Positions 63,401-64,000 of a stretch of DNA of 64,000 bases are shown in pieces (positions within the stretch are counted from its first letter, which is position 1; every line of letters begins with the position of its first letter). Source of the stretch: an uncultured bacterium. GTDB lineage: Bacteria; Omnitrophota; Omnitrophia; Omnitrophales; Aquincolibacteriaceae. The translations under genes were made by a program, and so were the position numbers. A model generated the notes under the pieces. It saw nothing but the letters and a program-made list of their open reading frames with translations. It searched no databases and had not been told where the DNA came from. The DNA lies in assembly GCA_964606385.1 (NCBI GenBank), contig CAZSFZ010000002.1, positions 107,711-171,710 of the forward strand. The letters run 5' to 3'.

Positions 63401-64000
63401 GTATAACCGTCGAGATAATACTGCGGGGACCGATGTTCCTGATAATACGTTTTGTAAACGCGGAAAAAGACCGTTGTCGGAACGCCGCGTTTGACCGTTG
63501 GTACCTTTATTTCGATCGGCGTCAATTCCATGGCTTTTTTGACGATTTCGCCAAAAAGAATACGCTGCCCCTGCGCATCCATTCCCTTGATAGGCTTGTT
63601 CTTGATAAAGTTCCATAAAGGATGGATCCCTGTGACATTCAGGCCGATAGCGGGCCAGGCCTCGAAAAGATCCGGCAAAAGAGCCCCCAAACCGCCGGTC
63701 AAGGTCGTCTGTGAAATTTGCCCGGCCTGGTAGGCGTCATGCAGTTCTTCGACTTTTTTCAAGACATGCATCGGATAGCCCGCCTCAAACTGACGGCTGT
63801 ACAGGTGCTGGTCGGCAGCCCTTGGCGTTTTGGCCGCTGCCCATGTTTTCTCTGTGACCGTACGGATTTCAGAGCGGCCGCGAAGAGCTCCCATTTCCCG
63901 GGCAAGAACCGCATGGGAAGAACCGAACTTTGCAGCGAGATCTCCTACCGTATCAGAGGGTTTCTGGTAGTTGGTTAGGATGATGTTACGGATGATATCT
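57436..64000 (-). CDS. Giant multidomain protein (>2187 aa; 5' end beyond the window): N-terminal alpha-glucan phosphorylase (GT35)-like domain plus ~1400-aa unrecognised C-terminal region
   Basis: Reading frame stays open from 63894 to the window edge. Phosphorylase-like motifs: TGGLGALLPD (cf. SGGLGVLAGD), TNGVFLPRW (cf. TNGVHxPTW), EASATSMMKVMANGGEVIGPFAGSNPEIW (cf. EASGTSGMKAALNGxLxxGTLDGANVEI, PLP lysine retained). The C-terminal two-thirds has no motif recognised by eye. Confidence 0.6.
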   Translation of the reverse strand, partial: DIIRNIILTNYQKPSDTVGDLAAKFGSSHAVLAREMGALRGRSEIRTVTEKTWAAAKTPRAADQHLYSRQFEAGYPMHVLKKVEELHDAYQAGQISQTTLTGGLGALLPDLFEAWPAIGLNVTGIHPLWNFIKNKPIKGMDAQGQRILFGEIVKKAMELTPIEIKVPTVKRGVPTTVFFRVYKTYYQEHRSPQYYLDGYTKSAEGKEEPFFEEVYDDTGMREIHMAAFQEASERLIQALEGNPDPDHLVILDHEVFVSLPQVFLKKAKRVTLNHTVFRPGLFEAWEGHYGLFRFPEWLRSVIVHDGKISIADFTAEIYDLISGVNLVEHLPALLKNIFRVAWHRVKGFYDPQQQIRSTNGVFLPRWQAKARRALIEQYKRQIAFQPPEYGLPPASNDREFFLELDKHPDLREYFKAQNEWIMASDAARFLAWLREKRGFKGLRDWLGNTLKEYQREQGWDDVTLMARLKDMQELIQKAAFANQPEDWDALETRFAKIRDLILADPVVSNIRRQVAYKGPDKYEEIEVEEILGKILPAAAEAARQAGISADRSGRFNRPFDPLFQFWKSYRKGENQDQGRFQREFEAVRARLKDQAAVQEVRESICRVLIGGRTFDEADAYERYLYIGFMSELLGLEDRIATLDDYTYYEAEIIFQGVQGGVMLSDKDLEASATSMMKVMANGGEVIGPFAGSNPEIWIIRDTKTGKNIEVLNEKGEPAFDYKTLREKLHSGEWRLLNGVYVDYNESEKSTQEGGEWRPSARSLLEALKTVKTLRKDPAGRRERMYQSVSNAWRVDMVVGQAMGHALMIENMLQEDAEREAMFSQLKFEASDYVVPVQAPDFEWQGISGRRKHSAPGMGLFGMFRSFRDLKSWQNKVPKKQPDGSIREDYDASTRGIEAHNSVRHHAFYGDIFKYLKETILVRLSPGLDPFKKQIEDLAARAAIADEKERITLNLQAMELTETLLVRMAGNWFERYMETSTPAEARVLAEQLVQGVKINYQPWAGYIARYLDHHSNARSLGTQDHSILSYLFKMKDGKSFLVNLNVDAPVKHEEKQEFQGYKARTRVSIDPGTFSDLVGGDTEAQEVRISEPKLGRVYKIHPKSELMDEIGIGIPMPLGIEILKWTPVRLPEIVRIIDRISDRDMTAMASLKQLIRQAGADYQRAEGEVITSHFFEQLEDLSYYDQKNAQFLFKDNVRPLLAILGLFRPDLLTASRIPSWGSPRFLADLNKAIMTLKELFGDQFFDPNGHHYYVFDASHQGSLVLARKIPMTGDVFFASIILGTDKSEYESDGKVATRIQNGLERFIESGVRYQVTNLVTKEDYGLREDLLQGWTHKVRAAPNAPRAQFLLLKKQTPNIRSEVRTINRTGVMVQDQVKTVGAKEWFFAQDIDRTLASLSQVVRQAEADRQPIRLVAVSNDPDQDALLAMLGFAPLQSRQEQENALLGALPERLAADKGALFARLGSHVTLTFSNGERTALVLTNAKHSRMLENLMANALQGIERQKGIESFTTEVQRGGIRFKEPAPLEYVLMDETTLAEGLGLEAGVVADAVVTQAEYAGLPVTTPVVTKEETPKQPVISPKAASFSKVLSGIQEAWNERQSHWGIQRVETARTALEAYDELIKAYNQTWQGILRQAEDKASMQAQVLYRALYQESFPEFEIEKAKQDVRRDFGKILLKETPYGQIAKSEAAIEALLRAPVDPTDAGALKVRIEKLFREFVRLQNLVRDRTLAMIEVAAAGEHPEMRYFLIKDIVQLHFLQKTGAVILNGQDRELAHFSINLLEKQPRISMVKKLDPKPASQAPADREQVLARLAGLHELLGQRKAFYDARSPMLAETIGRIYGDVQDQLAKLSNFKEDQAFTYGLRRTLDMLVTVWSSDERGYWFTGMNEKPGMDQAVNEEYAKVMEQIMIPLFMDTPAEVRGYVFGEKSSDTSKLAALRSELRKESGSDLPKFVSLPVPAFMDDQVLKVEEKTPMISTYDLFVRENIRRGGSGEKGIRSVTEKIMDGIIPLLAHTLNAVETLMPAIAKVPVVQQVHAEAAKRVLGLAPNIGYAFILGSDLALRKGMIEMAKSILKDSTFAILVKNDAALVAQAEALIKQEGLQDRVFVITDVKLARSRIAKPGAALRGMISSDELMLAEELKAELKDDLIVMDKGMRERFLTAAGQLFQSLADKIAGQFALSRSA

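Overview
High-GC (~58-60% by eye) bacterial chromosomal segment, probably from a poorly characterised lineage. (1) Positions 1-20252 form one uninterrupted minus-strand ribosomal/transcription super-array: tRNA-Thr, tuf, rpmG, tRNA-Trp, secE, nusG, rplK, rplA, rplJ, rplL, rpoB, rpoC, rpsL, rpsG, fusA, rpsJ, rplC, rplD, rplW, rplB, rpsS, rplV, rpsC and the start of rplP. There is no tuf after fusA; the single tuf sits with tRNA-Thr/rpmG/tRNA-Trp/secE. (2) Positions 21468-28068 (+) hold a complete F1Fo ATP synthase operon (atpZ-like, a, c, b, delta, alpha, gamma, beta, and an unusually short epsilon). (3) Positions 28805-38322 (+) are a tightly packed accessory operon. It holds a DUF318/ArsP-like permease, a UPF0016 (GDT1/TMEM165-like) protein, a 27-aa Lys-rich peptide ending in CCCC, and an RluA-type pseudouridine synthase. 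It continues with a B12-binding radical SAM enzyme translationally coupled to TspO, then DUF486, an ICMT/PEMT-like methyltransferase, a flavin reductase, CrcB, DUF190, an NlpC/P60 peptidase and CstA. It is followed by a ferritin-like gene and a ZIP transporter. (4) Positions 39867-53625 (-) carry queH, ftsK, dut, pnp, rpsO, a low-GC GT-C (GT39/ArnT-like) membrane glycosyltransferase, ribF, truB, rbfA, infB and nusA. nusA has a strong promoter and a leader attenuator, and no rimP. (5) Positions 53872-64000 carry an M24 peptidase, a small membrane protein, a GIY-YIG (YhbQ-like) protein, an AT-richer hypothetical, an MqnA/MqnD-like gene, and a giant (>2187 aa, runs off the window) minus-strand gene. 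The giant gene has an N-terminal alpha-glucan-phosphorylase (GT35)-like domain and about 1400 aa of unrecognised C-terminal sequence. Non-coding signals worth attention are: a duplicated ~85-bp two-hairpin element (rplJ-rplL spacer and the UPF0016 5' leader); a family of GGGGAACG-based REP-like palindromes; and a shared 23-bp AT-rich motif upstream of both the tuf and nusA promoters. No transposases, integrases, CRISPR arrays or rRNA genes were seen. All calls rest on reading the sequence and the ORF translations by eye; no database searches were run.
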